A DNA stretch of 64,000 bases from an uncultured Bdellovibrionales bacterium (GCA_964551325.1 CAZKBU010000003.1:287672-351671); one strand, 5' to 3'. Positions 37,410-47,472 are shown, counted from the first letter of the stretch. The notes: generated by a model from the letters alone, not told the origin. Made by a program: numbers and translations.

Positions 37410-38062
37410 GGGACGAATTCAAGAATCGCGCACCCTGACCGGGCTTCGCACTCTTGCGGCGTGAATGTCTTAATCACCCTCCAGCGTCCTGACGCCTGGA
37501 AGTCGGCGAGCTCCACGCAGTTGTTATAAATTACCAGCGGGCGCCGGCTTACTTTTTTTGTTGCCCACTGCTTTTCGAGATTGGCGAGGAAGGGGCGCAT
37601 CACCACGGAGGTAAAGGGGTTGTAGAGATAAAAGACAGTACCGGGAAGGTCTTTCATCGCGGCCACGTCGGTCTCGATAACTTCCACGTTTGCGTAATTT
37701 TTTAGCCTCGATCTCGTGAACTCCGCCACCGTGGGGTTGACTTCAATCCCCACGAGCCTTCCTTGCCAGTTTTCAGAGAGGAGGAAATTGAAAAATCTGC
37801 CCTTGCCGCAACCCACGTCTACGATTACATCGTCGGGCCGAAGCTCCACGAAACTGAACAGATACTTGAAAACTCGATAGTCCGTGTTCATCGTGTGGAG
37901 AAACCCTTTATCTTCCTGGGAACTCCTCACCACGCCACCCAAAAATTTCCCCCCGTAGCGGAAGTCGAGATACACGTTCTTTAAAAGTCTCTTCCAGCCG
38001 CCATCACTGAAGAGTGAGGTCATCAGCTGGGGGATGATTCCAGTGGAGAAGTTGGGTGCCAT
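37406..38062 (-). CDS. class I SAM-dependent methyltransferase
   Basis: motif I VIVDVGCGKGRF. Confidence 0.65.
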   Translation of the reverse strand: MAPNFSTGIIPQLMTSLFSDGGWKRLLKNVYLDFRYGGKFLGGVVRSSQEDKGFLHTMNTDYRVFKYLFSFVELRPDDVIVDVGCGKGRFFNFLLSENWQGRLVGIEVNPTVAEFTRSRLKNYANVEVIETDVAAMKDLPGTVFYLYNPFTSVVMRPFLANLEKQWATKKVSRRPLVIYNNCVELADFQASGRWRVIKTFTPQECEARSGCAILEFVP

Positions 38063-38115
38063 CGCAACAGTTTAGGAGCAGGAGCCGAGAGAGGCAAGCA
38101 GGGTGGTGGGAGGCA

Positions 38116-39087
38116 CTAGCGTGCTAGAGTGAAGATACCGTAGGTAGACCACTTATTGAGTTCTTCCCGAGTGATGAGAAACGTGCCCTCGCGGAGGCTG
38201 CAGTTGGCTTGAAGGTAGGGTTTGAAGGACTCGCACCAATGTCCCCAGCTGTTCCGAACCACGTACATGCATCGCTTTCCCACGAGCTTGCGTCCTACGA
38301 TCGACATCGCGTGGCTTCCCGGGGACTGGTTCTTCATGAAACGCTTGGAGTCTGTGCTCCAGCCCACCGGTCTTCCCTTATTGAGATGGGCGTCCACAAG
38401 TTCGTGCGTCTTTTCTTTTTCAGATGCGTTCTGGCGGAATATTCGCATTCCTTGTGGCATTGGAATTCTGTGATCCTTGCAGGCCACCAAGGCCGCTCTC
38501 GCGAGAATATGCACGAGTTCTTCATGCGAGTGGGCCGCTATCACCCTTACCAGCTCCTCGGCGGGAAGTCCCAGATGAAAAGAGGCCGCTAGCTGGCACT
38601 GGCGCTCGGTAAAGAAGCTGCGGAGCTCCTCCTCTCCATATCCTAATGACAAAGTGTAACGTATGGACTCCAGCTCACCCATTTGTTGGGTGAACGGTTT
38701 TCCTGCCCGACGAGATTCGTCATTTGTTGCGGGCATCGCTTCGTTTTTGCATAGCCCGATGTTCCTCATCTGGAGCGCTTCCAGAATCGACTCCGCGTTG
38801 GCCCCGGGTCCGCCCTTGAGCAGACTGCCAGCTCCTACAGCGGGAAAGTGAGGCGAGAGCGAGTGAGTGGCATAAGCGATATCGTAGGGAGAGATCGGCG
38901 TGTCGAACTCCATGGAAAAGAGATCTGCCATAGCGAAGGATGCGCAAAAACTGGAGTCGTCTTGGTCTTGGGGAAGCATGAAATGCATCTCGGTCTGGGG
39001 CGACAGGCCCGTGCGCACGTCGAGCGATGAGCATTCGTCGGCATGCGCAACAAAAGGCAAAAATACCAAGGCGAGGAGCAGGATCAT
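38116..39087 (-). CDS. secreted papain-family (C1-like) cysteine peptidase
   Basis: signal peptide; Cys region SFCASFAMADL, His region GSHAMSIVG, and the hallmark NSWG motif (VVRNSWGHW). Confidence 0.6.
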   Translation of the reverse strand: MILLLALVFLPFVAHADECSSLDVRTGLSPQTEMHFMLPQDQDDSSFCASFAMADLFSMEFDTPISPYDIAYATHSLSPHFPAVGAGSLLKGGPGANAESILEALQMRNIGLCKNEAMPATNDESRRAGKPFTQQMGELESIRYTLSLGYGEEELRSFFTERQCQLAASFHLGLPAEELVRVIAAHSHEELVHILARAALVACKDHRIPMPQGMRIFRQNASEKEKTHELVDAHLNKGRPVGWSTDSKRFMKNQSPGSHAMSIVGRKLVGKRCMYVVRNSWGHWCESFKPYLQANCSLREGTFLITREELNKWSTYGIFTLAR

Positions 39088-39183
39088 GGCAATATCCTAT
39101 CGGATCAAAGTGTTGGGGGATTTACACGGCATTCGTTGGATGAAACAGATCGGGAATTCCCAGTTCTGCCCTGGGGCGCTTCA

Positions 39184-40008
39184 TCAGTATTGAAATTGCG
39201 GATGCGCTGCCAAAGCCGTGTAATCGGCCAGTCCGATGGGCGAGAGGGAATAGTTTTCCGACCGTAATGGTGCCGCATTGCCAGAGGCAAGTACTCGCTT
39301 TAGCCAGCGCTTCGCCAGGGGGCGTCGCAATTCTCCGTAGTGGATTGCGGCGATTGTTGTTTCGTCCTTCGTGTCAATGGCATCGCCAGTACCGACGAAG
39401 AATCCCGCGAGAAGTAGAGATGTTCGTGTGGCGGTGGAGCGTGAATAATTTGTGAGCAGGCAGGGAGTGGAAATCTTGGCTCGAAGTTCCTGAAAAAGAG
39501 GCAGCGTCCACATGTCCGCATTGGTTGCGGGGGAGTAGGGGTCCCAGAAGATGCTATGAGGTGAGGGCAGGGATCGATCCATGAGCGTGTCTTGAAAATC
39601 ACCTTTGTGAAAAAGCCAACGGATGCCCGGGGCCGGCTGGGCCACCCCATGCTGTAATAGATCGAGCACATGATCTCGGTGGGGAGCGAGATAGGGGAGC
39701 GAGTCAGTGTTGGCGACAGCGAACTCCAGGGGTGCGGTGGTTTTGTCGAAGCTGTGGAGTTCCACGTCCGCTCCCGTGGACGCTAAAGCGTTGATGGCGG
39801 CAGTGGCGTTGGCTCCGGCCCCCAACCCAACGTCCCAGATCACAAGTCGCTGAAACCAACGGCATCGCTCCACAAGCCGCTGTTGCTCAACATGGAGAAT
39901 TCTAGCCTCTTCCACGGGCCCGATTCCGGGATGGTAAGTTTCCCGATTGGCAAGCGATCTTAGGCTGTTCACGCCAGATTTCAGGGCGACGATTTCAAAC
40001 TTCTCCAT
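39184..40008 (-). CDS. MnmC-like (DUF752-type) SAM-dependent methyltransferase
   Basis: VIWDVGLGAGANATAAINAL resembles the MnmC2 ExGFGTGLN motif. Confidence 0.4.
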   Translation of the reverse strand: MEKFEIVALKSGVNSLRSLANRETYHPGIGPVEEARILHVEQQRLVERCRWFQRLVIWDVGLGAGANATAAINALASTGADVELHSFDKTTAPLEFAVANTDSLPYLAPHRDHVLDLLQHGVAQPAPGIRWLFHKGDFQDTLMDRSLPSPHSIFWDPYSPATNADMWTLPLFQELRAKISTPCLLTNYSRSTATRTSLLLAGFFVGTGDAIDTKDETTIAAIHYGELRRPLAKRWLKRVLASGNAAPLRSENYSLSPIGLADYTALAAHPQFQY

Positions 40009-40109
40009 CGGTGGATCGAGTTATACACGAAATCCTCTTCGGTGAAACAGGCATCGGCTGGCCCGTGTTTTCCTATCGTGAGACATTTATGGAAATGAAG
40101 GAGTTACCT

Positions 40110-40409
40110 ATGACCAGGGAATTTGTGGCGTTTTTGAAGAACTACGGCGTGGTGGGGATGGCGATCGCGGTGGTGATCGGCGGCAAACTCAACGAGTTTG
40201 TCACAAGTCTTGTGCAAGATCTGCTGATGCCCCTGGTGTTTCAGCCGGCGCTGCGTGCTGCGCAGGTGGATGACATCCGCAAGCTGAGTTACAACGGAAT
40301 TCTCTACGGAAAGGCTCTTGGCTCCGCCGTGGATTTTCTAATCGTGGCGCTCGTGGTTTTTATGTTCGCGAAACTGGTTCTTCGGGAAGAATCGGTCTCG
40401 AAGAAATAA
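40110..40409 (+). CDS. mscL: large-conductance mechanosensitive channel
   Basis: ORF 40011..40409; AAGGAG RBS 6 nt before ATG at 40110; FLKNYGVVGMAIAVVIG...DFLIVALVVF aligns with MscL TM1/TM2. Confidence 0.75.
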   Translation: MTREFVAFLKNYGVVGMAIAVVIGGKLNEFVTSLVQDLLMPLVFQPALRAAQVDDIRKLSYNGILYGKALGSAVDFLIVALVVFMFAKLVLREESVSKK

Positions 40410-40420
40410 GAGCGTGTGCT

Positions 40421-41392
40421 CTATTTGCTCGCACGTGAGGAGCCGGGGCGCTTTTGCGTCTTAGGAGGGGGAAGGGCTTTCCGTTTCTCCGGCGCCGGGA
40501 GCGCTTTTCGCAGTCCCATATGCCGGTCTAGGAACTTCTCTAGCTCCTTGTTTACGAGGTCCGGCTTTTCCATCTGAGCGCAGTGCGAGCCCTCTTTGAT
40601 CTCCAAGAATTCGCTTCCGGGAATCAGTTTATGAAAGATGCGTTGATTTACGGGTGGCGTGATCAAATCGCGCTCTCCGCAGAGGATCATCGCCGGACAT
40701 TTCACCTGGTTGAGCCAGGGCGTGGCATCGAAGGCGATGAAATCCTGGGTGAGGTGGAGAAAAATGGGAAGGTTCACGGTACTCGTGATGCGGAGGTATT
40801 CGGCAATATCTTCTTTTTTCGCATACTTCATGTTGAAGCCGAGACGTCCGATAATTTCGAGATTCATCGGATTCGTGCCTTGCCAGCGCCAGAATTTTTC
40901 CGCCAGCTCAGGAGCGAGTTCGTAGAGTTTTAAAACAGTCTTCACCGCCGGCTGCATGAAGTTGTGATGAAACATGGTCTCGAAAGGATCTTTCGGCGAT
41001 CCGTTGGCGAGCACCATGCATCTTACGAGCTGGGGGTGGAGGCGGTATAGCTCGAGCACGATGTTCACGCCGAGGGAGTGTCCTAGCACTGCCACTGGCG
41101 GCAGGTTCAGCTCTTTGATGAGTTGGGCCAGGTCGCGAGCCAGGTTTTCGATGGTCATCGAGGCCGGATTTTCCGGAGTGTCGCTATTGTTGTGGCCGCG
41201 ATAGTCCATGTAGAGCACGCGATACTTCTGCTTAAAGTAGTCGATTTGGTATTGCCACTGCAGTTTGGAGCACACGAGTCCGTAGCAAAAAAGAAGTATC
41301 GGTCCGTCTTGCGGGCCGTCGAAAGAGTAGAAGAGCCGTAGTCCGTCGGCGGTGCGAATGTAGCCGTGTTCGTGATGGGGCGAGAGCGTCAT
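40421..41392 (-). CDS. alpha/beta-fold hydrolase
   Basis: GHSLG nucleophile elbow; 323 aa. Confidence 0.65.
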   Translation of the reverse strand: MTLSPHHEHGYIRTADGLRLFYSFDGPQDGPILLFCYGLVCSKLQWQYQIDYFKQKYRVLYMDYRGHNNSDTPENPASMTIENLARDLAQLIKELNLPPVAVLGHSLGVNIVLELYRLHPQLVRCMVLANGSPKDPFETMFHHNFMQPAVKTVLKLYELAPELAEKFWRWQGTNPMNLEIIGRLGFNMKYAKKEDIAEYLRITSTVNLPIFLHLTQDFIAFDATPWLNQVKCPAMILCGERDLITPPVNQRIFHKLIPGSEFLEIKEGSHCAQMEKPDLVNKELEKFLDRHMGLRKALPAPEKRKALPPPKTQKRPGSSRASK

Positions 41393-41407
41393 GGGAGTCC
41401 TTGAGAG

Positions 41408-41911
41408 TTACCGCTTGCCCGGGAGAGGCGGCGGCAGAGGGGGTTTACCACCGCCGGCACGGGGTGGCATAGGGGGCTTCGTAGCGCCGGTAGCGCCGGT
41501 AGCGCCACCCTTCAAAAAATCGAGAGCGTCGAGGATCGCCTTTTCCTTGGATCCTTCCACCACGCGTGCCTCAAACTGGGGGTTTTGAAAGGGGCTTGGC
41601 GGACTCGCTGCCTCTTGGCTCAAATGAAGGAAATGAATCGTGGTCTTCCCCATGTTCACCGTGTCGTTGCTTTTGATGGGGGCGGGGTCCACCACGGTTC
41701 TCCCGCTTACGCGCACTTCCACATCGGGGTTTAAGTTCTCGATTACAAAGCCGGCACCTTCGGGGCGCACCTGAATCTGTTGCTCGCCCAGGTTCGGATC
41801 GTCGATGATCATGTCGCCCGATGCACTGCCCACGACCAATTCGTTATGAGGGTGGGTGTAGGCAGCGATTTGGCCTTTGTCGGGAGTTTGGATGATTTTA
41901 AACTCGATCAT
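41408..41911 (-). CDS. FHA domain protein with Pro-rich C-terminus
   Basis: FHA core (GSASGDMIIDD...VSGRTV) then PPPLPGKR-type tail. Confidence 0.6.
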   Translation of the reverse strand: MIEFKIIQTPDKGQIAAYTHPHNELVVGSASGDMIIDDPNLGEQQIQVRPEGAGFVIENLNPDVEVRVSGRTVVDPAPIKSNDTVNMGKTTIHFLHLSQEAASPPSPFQNPQFEARVVEGSKEKAILDALDFLKGGATGATGATKPPMPPRAGGGKPPLPPPLPGKR

Positions 41912-41973
41912 CGTAGTTTCATTGTAGCAAAACCCCTTGGGATCGCTGAACTATTGGATTAGATTGGCCAATC

Positions 41974-44900
41974 ATGCAGATACCGGAAACGCGTAAAGAA
42001 CGGGTGGAGCTTCTTCGCCGTAGGCTCAAGGAACGTGTGCTTGTGCTCGATGGCGCCACGGGAACGGCCCTTCAGGACGCCAACCTCACGGCCGCTGATT
42101 TTGGCGGCGAAAAATACGAGGGCTGCAACGAATACCTGGTAATCACCCGGCCCGACGTGATCAAGGGCGTGCACACGCGGTACCTGCAGGCTGGTGCCGA
42201 CATCGTGGAAACCGACACCTTTGGCGGTACCCCAATGGTGCTGGGCGAATTTGGTCTTTCCGACCGAGCCCATGAAATCAATAAGCGCGCCTGTGAAATT
42301 GCTCGCGAAGCCTGCCGGGAGTTTTCCACTCCGGACTGGCCTCGGTTCGTGGCCGGCTCAATTGGCCCAACCACGAAGGCTCTTTCTGTCACCGGGGGGA
42401 TTACCTACGCCGAGCTGGTGGACCAGTTCTATGCCCAGGTTAAAGGTATTTATGAAGGCGGCGCCGACTACTTCCTGATCGAAACCTGCAACGACACGCT
42501 CAACATCAAGGCTTGTTTGGAAGCGATCGACCGACTTCATAGTGAGGTTGAGGTTCCGTTGCCGGTGGCGATCTCCGGCACCATTGAGCCGATGGGAACA
42601 ATGCTCGCCGGTCAGGGAGTGGATGCTCTTCTTGCCAGCGTGGAGCATCGTGATCTTCTGTATATCGGGCTCAACTGCGCCACGGGTCCGGAGTTCATGA
42701 CCGACCACATTCGCACGCTCTCCCAGATGGCGCGAGCTCCGGTGGCTTGTGTGCCGAATGCCGGACTTCCCGACGAAAACGGCCAATACCTGGAAACCCC
42801 TGAGCTTGTGGGGAAGGTCCTCCACCGGTTCTTGGAAAAAGGGTGGCTCAACGTGATCGGCGGCTGCTGCGGCACCCATGCCGGTCACGTAAAAGAACTC
42901 CGCGCTCTTGCAGACCACGCCCATCCACGCGTTCCGATGAGTTCCCATGCCTCGCGTCTTTCCGGAATCGAGTACTTGGAAGTCACCGATGAGCTACGGC
43001 CGGTGCTCGTGGGTGAAAGAACAAACGTGGTGGGCTCCAAGAAGTTCCGTGAGCTGATCGTGGGCGGCAAGTGGGAAGAGGCGAGCGAAGTGGGGCGCGC
43101 TCAGGTGAAAAAGGGAGCGCAAATCATCGATGTGTGTCTCGCCAATCCGGACCGGAACGAGCTCGCCGATATCGAGAAGTTTCTTCCTGAGCTCGTGAAG
43201 AAAATCAAAGTGCCGGTCATGGTTGATTCTACCGACGACCGGGTGATTCACCGGGCCCTTCAGATGCTGCAGGGAAAGGCGATCATCAACTCCGTGAACC
43301 TGGAGGACGGCGAAGAGCGCTTCGAGAAAGTACTTCCGCTCGCGCGGCGCTACGGGGCTGCCGTAGTAGTGGGCACGATCGACGACGATCCGGTGCAGGG
43401 AATGGGAGTGACTCGGGCGCGAAAGATGGCGATTGCCGAGCGCGAGTTCGAGCTTTTGACGAAAAAATACGGCATCCCGCCCGAAGACATCTACTGGGAC
43501 GCACTTGTGTTCCCCTGCGGCACGGGCGACGAGCAATATAAGGGTTCTGCCGTGGAAACGATCGAGGCCGTGGGAATGCTCAAGAAGCGATTTCCCGGCA
43601 CTAAGACGATTCTTGGTGTGTCGAACGTGAGCTTCGGTCTTCCGCCGAACGGCCGCGAAGTCTTGAACGCTGTTTTTCTTTACCACTGCGTGAAACAAGG
43701 ACTCGATCTTGCGATCGTGAACACGGAAAAGCTGCCGAGATATTCCCACCTCACGCCTGAGGAAATTGCTGTTTGTGAGGACATTCTATGGAATCGGGGC
43801 GCAGACCCGGTGGCGGCTTTCGCGGCATTCTTTCGGGCCCGGGTGCCGAGAACCACTGAAGCGAAGGCTGCTTTGCCGCTCGACGAGCGCCTTGCCAACT
43901 ACATCATCGAAGGATCGAAGGATGGTTTAGTAGCCGACCTCGATCTCAAACTGAAAGAGGCTCGTCCCCTTGAAATCGTGAACGGTGCCCTGATGAAGGG
44001 CATGGACGAAGTGGGTCGCCGTTTCAATCGAAACGAAATGATCGTGGCCGAGGTGCTTCAGAGTGCCGAAGCGATGAAGGCGGCGGTTACCCATCTGGAA
44101 CAGTTTATGGAGCGGAGCGCGGACTCCGTGCGGGGCACGGTTGTCCTCGCCACCGTGAAGGGTGATGTGCACGACATCGGGAAGAACCTGGTGGAGATCA
44201 TTCTCTCCAACAATGGGTTTCGGGTAGTGAATCTGGGGATTAAAGTTCCGAGCGAACAGCTGTTGCAGGCCGTAAAGGAACACAAGCCCGACCTCGTGGG
44301 CCTTTCCGGATTGCTCGTGAAGAGCGCGCTCCAAATGGAAACGTCGGCGGGTGATTTGCGGCAGGCCGGTGTTGAGGTTCCGATTCTCGTGGGCGGGGCG
44401 GCTCTTTCGTCGAATTTCACGGATAAGCGCATTGCTAGGGCCTACGGTGACGGCACCGTGGCTTACGCGAAAGATGCCATGGAGGGACTGGAGCACGCGA
44501 AGAGGCTGGTTGATCCGGAACAGCGGCTCGATTTCGTGCAATCTCTCAAGCATCGTCAACAACGCCTCCAGAGCGAAGATGCCGAGGTGACGGCAAGGGC
44601 CCGGGGTCCGGCGAGCACGGCACGGAGCGGGGACGTGGACGTTCTAAAGGAAATTCCGCGTGCCCCCGATTTTGAGCGGCATGTGATTCGCAACACTCCG
44701 GTGGATCATGTGTGGCCGTGGATCAACAACTTGGTGCTCTTTTATCGGCACCTGGGAATTCCCGGCGAGGCCGTGAAGCTTTGGCAGAAGGGCGATCGCA
44801 AGGGACTCGAGGCCCATCCGGCCGGAGCAAAGATGCTTGAGTTTGCGGGGCTCCTCGAATCGATCAAAGACGAGCTACGCCGCACCGGCGCGATGAAGGT

Positions 44901-45501
44901 TTCGGCCGTGTATCGCTATTTTTCAGCCGCGAGCGAGGGCAATCGTCTGCTCCTTTGGGAGGGGGCGTCGTTTCAGGGGGATCCAGCGGCAGTGTTCGAT
45001 TTTCCGCGACAGGCGAAGGACAACGGATTCTGCTTGTCCGACTTCGCTTTGCCTCTGGCGGAAGCGCGGAGTCGCGGCTCTGCGGATAACGTGGCTCTCT
45101 TTTGCGTGACAGCAGGGGAGGGGGTGCGTGCGGCCACCGCAGCGCTGAAAGAAAAAGGAGAGTATCTCAAGAGCCACGCCATGGCGGCGCTTGCGATTGA
45201 AACCGCCGAAGCCTATGCCGAGTTTCTCCATGGAAAGCTGCGGGCGCAGTGGGGCTTCCCGGATTCTCCCGACACCACAATGATGGAGCGATTCCAGGCG
45301 AAGTATCGCGGTTGCCGATTTTCCTTTGGTTATCCGGCCTGTCCTCGGCTCGACGATCAGGCGCTACTTTGGAAGCTTCTTCGTCCGGAGGAGATTGGCG
45401 TGCAGCTCACCGACGGCTTCATGATGGACCCGGAAGCCAGCGTGAGCGCTATTGTGTTTCACCACCCGCAGGCGAAGTATTTTTCGGTGGGTGGCGAGTA
45501 G
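41974..45501 (+). CDS. metH: cobalamin-dependent methionine synthase
   Basis: 1175 aa; Hcy-binding, pterin-binding, B12-binding (GDVHDIGKN) and AdoMet-activation domains in the canonical order. Confidence 0.95.
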   Translation: MQIPETRKERVELLRRRLKERVLVLDGATGTALQDANLTAADFGGEKYEGCNEYLVITRPDVIKGVHTRYLQAGADIVETDTFGGTPMVLGEFGLSDRAHEINKRACEIAREACREFSTPDWPRFVAGSIGPTTKALSVTGGITYAELVDQFYAQVKGIYEGGADYFLIETCNDTLNIKACLEAIDRLHSEVEVPLPVAISGTIEPMGTMLAGQGVDALLASVEHRDLLYIGLNCATGPEFMTDHIRTLSQMARAPVACVPNAGLPDENGQYLETPELVGKVLHRFLEKGWLNVIGGCCGTHAGHVKELRALADHAHPRVPMSSHASRLSGIEYLEVTDELRPVLVGERTNVVGSKKFRELIVGGKWEEASEVGRAQVKKGAQIIDVCLANPDRNELADIEKFLPELVKKIKVPVMVDSTDDRVIHRALQMLQGKAIINSVNLEDGEERFEKVLPLARRYGAAVVVGTIDDDPVQGMGVTRARKMAIAEREFELLTKKYGIPPEDIYWDALVFPCGTGDEQYKGSAVETIEAVGMLKKRFPGTKTILGVSNVSFGLPPNGREVLNAVFLYHCVKQGLDLAIVNTEKLPRYSHLTPEEIAVCEDILWNRGADPVAAFAAFFRARVPRTTEAKAALPLDERLANYIIEGSKDGLVADLDLKLKEARPLEIVNGALMKGMDEVGRRFNRNEMIVAEVLQSAEAMKAAVTHLEQFMERSADSVRGTVVLATVKGDVHDIGKNLVEIILSNNGFRVVNLGIKVPSEQLLQAVKEHKPDLVGLSGLLVKSALQMETSAGDLRQAGVEVPILVGGAALSSNFTDKRIARAYGDGTVAYAKDAMEGLEHAKRLVDPEQRLDFVQSLKHRQQRLQSEDAEVTARARGPASTARSGDVDVLKEIPRAPDFERHVIRNTPVDHVWPWINNLVLFYRHLGIPGEAVKLWQKGDRKGLEAHPAGAKMLEFAGLLESIKDELRRTGAMKVSAVYRYFSAASEGNRLLLWEGASFQGDPAAVFDFPRQAKDNGFCLSDFALPLAEARSRGSADNVALFCVTAGEGVRAATAALKEKGEYLKSHAMAALAIETAEAYAEFLHGKLRAQWGFPDSPDTTMMERFQAKYRGCRFSFGYPACPRLDDQALLWKLLRPEEIGVQLTDGFMMDPEASVSAIVFHHPQAKYFSVGGE

Positions 45502-45620
45502 GCGGGCAGTCATGTGCCGAGGCCTCAGATTTTTGTTCATAAAATCATACGCTTAGGGTTCTTTCGCTGTTCCGGCCTCGCTCAGAACAGTTCCCCGTAA
45601 ATTTGGCCCGCCCCGAAATA

Positions 45621-45644
45621 ATGCATTGCGCAAATGCGCTGCAT
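45621..45644. promoter_or_regulatory. imperfect 24-bp palindrome atgcattgcgcaaatgcgctgcat ~37 nt upstream of the first HEARH-family gene
   Basis: read directly; the inner gcgcaaatgcgc is perfectly palindromic; it shares the TGCATTGCG core with the repeat at 1605..1621. Confidence 0.35.
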
Positions 45645-45680
45645 CATTGTAGGTTCCGCCTCAACATTTCGGAGGGTTCC

Positions 45681-46793
45681 ATGCAGAAGTTCCTATTCTT
45701 GTTATTGAGTGTGGTCGTTTTGGCGGGTTGCGAAGAGCAGCCAAAAAATCCAACTAATATTTTGCTGACTTCCAGCGTGCCGAACAAGCAGCAGGGGCTC
45801 CTGGTTGGTGACTTCAATTTCTTCCGCACCCAAAATTTCGCGGAGAACTCTGAAGAGCTTAAGAAAGTTATGGGCGTTACGGAAGTGACCCCGTTTGCCC
45901 TTCAGAATTGGCTCGAAGAACGCGTGAAGTACGTAGTGGGTGAAGACTACGGGTTTGAGAGCAACGCCTCCCTCGTGGATCGGAATTGGCAGTTTGAAAA
46001 TCCCGGTGTTCTTCCCGAAGTGATTCGGAGAAAAATGGGCGGCCGCGCTCTTCGTGGCTTCAATCCGGTGGGTTCATCGGAGTGGTTGATTCCTGAGACG
46101 AGCCGAGTGATGACCGTGATGAGCAATATCGGTGCTGCAGGATATCTTGTTGGAAAAGTGGAAGGCGCTTTGATTGGAATGCGAATTCCCGACGTGGGCA
46201 CCGTTCCGGCGAAGAGTCCGCGTATCGGCGTGATTCAGGTGGGCGAAGGACTCTTTGCTACCACCCTCAAAAAGCGCCAGATGGAAAAGGAAGCCGCTGC
46301 AACGCGAATTTTCCGTCTCGCCACTTTCTTCCACGAAGCCCGTCACTCTGACGGTAACGGAAAGAGTCTCGCGTTTGCTCACGAGGAGTGTCCGCTCGGT
46401 CACGACTTCGCCGGCTACAACGCTTGCGATGCTAATCTCAACGGGCCCTACAAGGTGGGCGGCGTGATGAATAAGCTCCTGGCGAAGAACTGCGCGAGCT
46501 GTTCCGCCGGCGATCTTGAGATTCTCAGACTGTTCCAGGCCGATGAAGAGAGCCGCGTGATTTGGAGCGCCGCCGCCGCGAACCGTTCTTCGAATGGTAG
46601 CGACGCACGCGTCAATGAAACGATGCGCGAGACCTGTGAGCTTCTCCGCAGAATGGATCCGCGAAATGTGCCTTCCATGTGCGAAAAGTATCTGAACCCA
46701 GCTCCAGCGGCTCCCGCAACTCCGGGTGCTGCCGACGACGCCGCCGGTTGGTGGGATGCTCGTCCTGAGGGCATGGGACTCTTCCGTCGCTAA
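45681..46793 (+). CDS. lipoprotein, HEARH-motif (HExxH) Cys-rich family, paralogue 1
   Basis: GGAGGG RBS; lipobox LAGC; conserved block FRLATFFHEARHSDGNGKSLAFAH..CP...D..G.NACDANLNGPY...C..C shared with the two downstream paralogues; HEARH at 46332..46346. Confidence 0.7.
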   Translation: MQKFLFLLLSVVVLAGCEEQPKNPTNILLTSSVPNKQQGLLVGDFNFFRTQNFAENSEELKKVMGVTEVTPFALQNWLEERVKYVVGEDYGFESNASLVDRNWQFENPGVLPEVIRRKMGGRALRGFNPVGSSEWLIPETSRVMTVMSNIGAAGYLVGKVEGALIGMRIPDVGTVPAKSPRIGVIQVGEGLFATTLKKRQMEKEAAATRIFRLATFFHEARHSDGNGKSLAFAHEECPLGHDFAGYNACDANLNGPYKVGGVMNKLLAKNCASCSAGDLEILRLFQADEESRVIWSAAAANRSSNGSDARVNETMRETCELLRRMDPRNVPSMCEKYLNPAPAAPATPGAADDAAGWWDARPEGMGLFRR

Positions 46794-46801
46794 TCGGGCG
46801 C

Positions 46802-47344
46802 GTGATGAAGAAGTGGATACTTGGATTGGGAGCGGTGTCGGTGCTGGTGCTTGTTGCGCTGGCACTGATCCGCAACCAAATCGAGGCGACACCAGAGCCG
46901 TCCGCGGATGTTTCGCCGCGGGAAACAACCACGCCGGTTCCGGTTCATCCCCAGAAGACTGAGCCAAAGGCTGTGACAGTTTCCGATAGGGCACGGGTTT
47001 ATTCGTCTCCCGAGTTTCGGAGCTTTGCAGGTGAGGTGCTTCGTGACCTTCCCACCCGGGCTGATCTCCAGCGTCTTTCTCCTGAGGAAGTGCACCATAC
47101 GCCGAAGCCGGTTACCGATGCGGGCGTGAAGCTCGGAGAAATCGCGGAAATACTGGCCAAGCAACCGGAGCTGGAGGGCGACGCCTTTGGTTTCTACGAA
47201 AGTTGCGCCACGGGCTCCGACTATCCGCAAAGCGTGCGGGCCCTTTGTTTCTTCCATTGGGAGCGGCTGGGTAAGAAATTGGGGCGTACGATTCAGCCCG
47301 AAAAAGTGCCGGAAAGTGTCCGGAGAATCGCCCAGCAGCTTTAA
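46802..47344 (+). CDS. secreted hypothetical protein interleaved in the HEARH-family array
   Basis: signal/TM MMKKWILGLGAVSVLVLVALAL; 180 aa. Confidence 0.5.
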   Translation: MMKKWILGLGAVSVLVLVALALIRNQIEATPEPSADVSPRETTTPVPVHPQKTEPKAVTVSDRARVYSSPEFRSFAGEVLRDLPTRADLQRLSPEEVHHTPKPVTDAGVKLGEIAEILAKQPELEGDAFGFYESCATGSDYPQSVRALCFFHWERLGKKLGRTIQPEKVPESVRRIAQQL

Positions 47345-47472
47345 GGGCGCGCTCGCCCAAAACGGGAAAATTATAAACCATTGAAATTACTCGGTTACGC
47401 CGCTCGTCAGTAGTTGATAATATATGTCGGATTTGATAGGATGGGGCGCCCTTTGGGCACCATGGAGGCCCC

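Noticed and set aside
41912-41973. Looked for a cobalamin or SAM riboswitch upstream of metH
   Set aside because: The intergenic region is only 62 nt (divergent from the FHA gene), too short for a B12 or SAM-I riboswitch, and no conserved B12-box is visible.
42358-44562. Minus-strand ORFs inside metH (42358..42948, 42994..43749, 43927..44562)
   Set aside because: Antisense to metH; shadow ORFs.
47345-47472. GC-rich hairpin-like segments (gggcgcgctcgccc; ggggcgccc) between 46802..47344 and paralogue 2; considered a terminator or attenuator
   Set aside because: The stems are short (5 bp) and not followed by a T-run; insufficient evidence.
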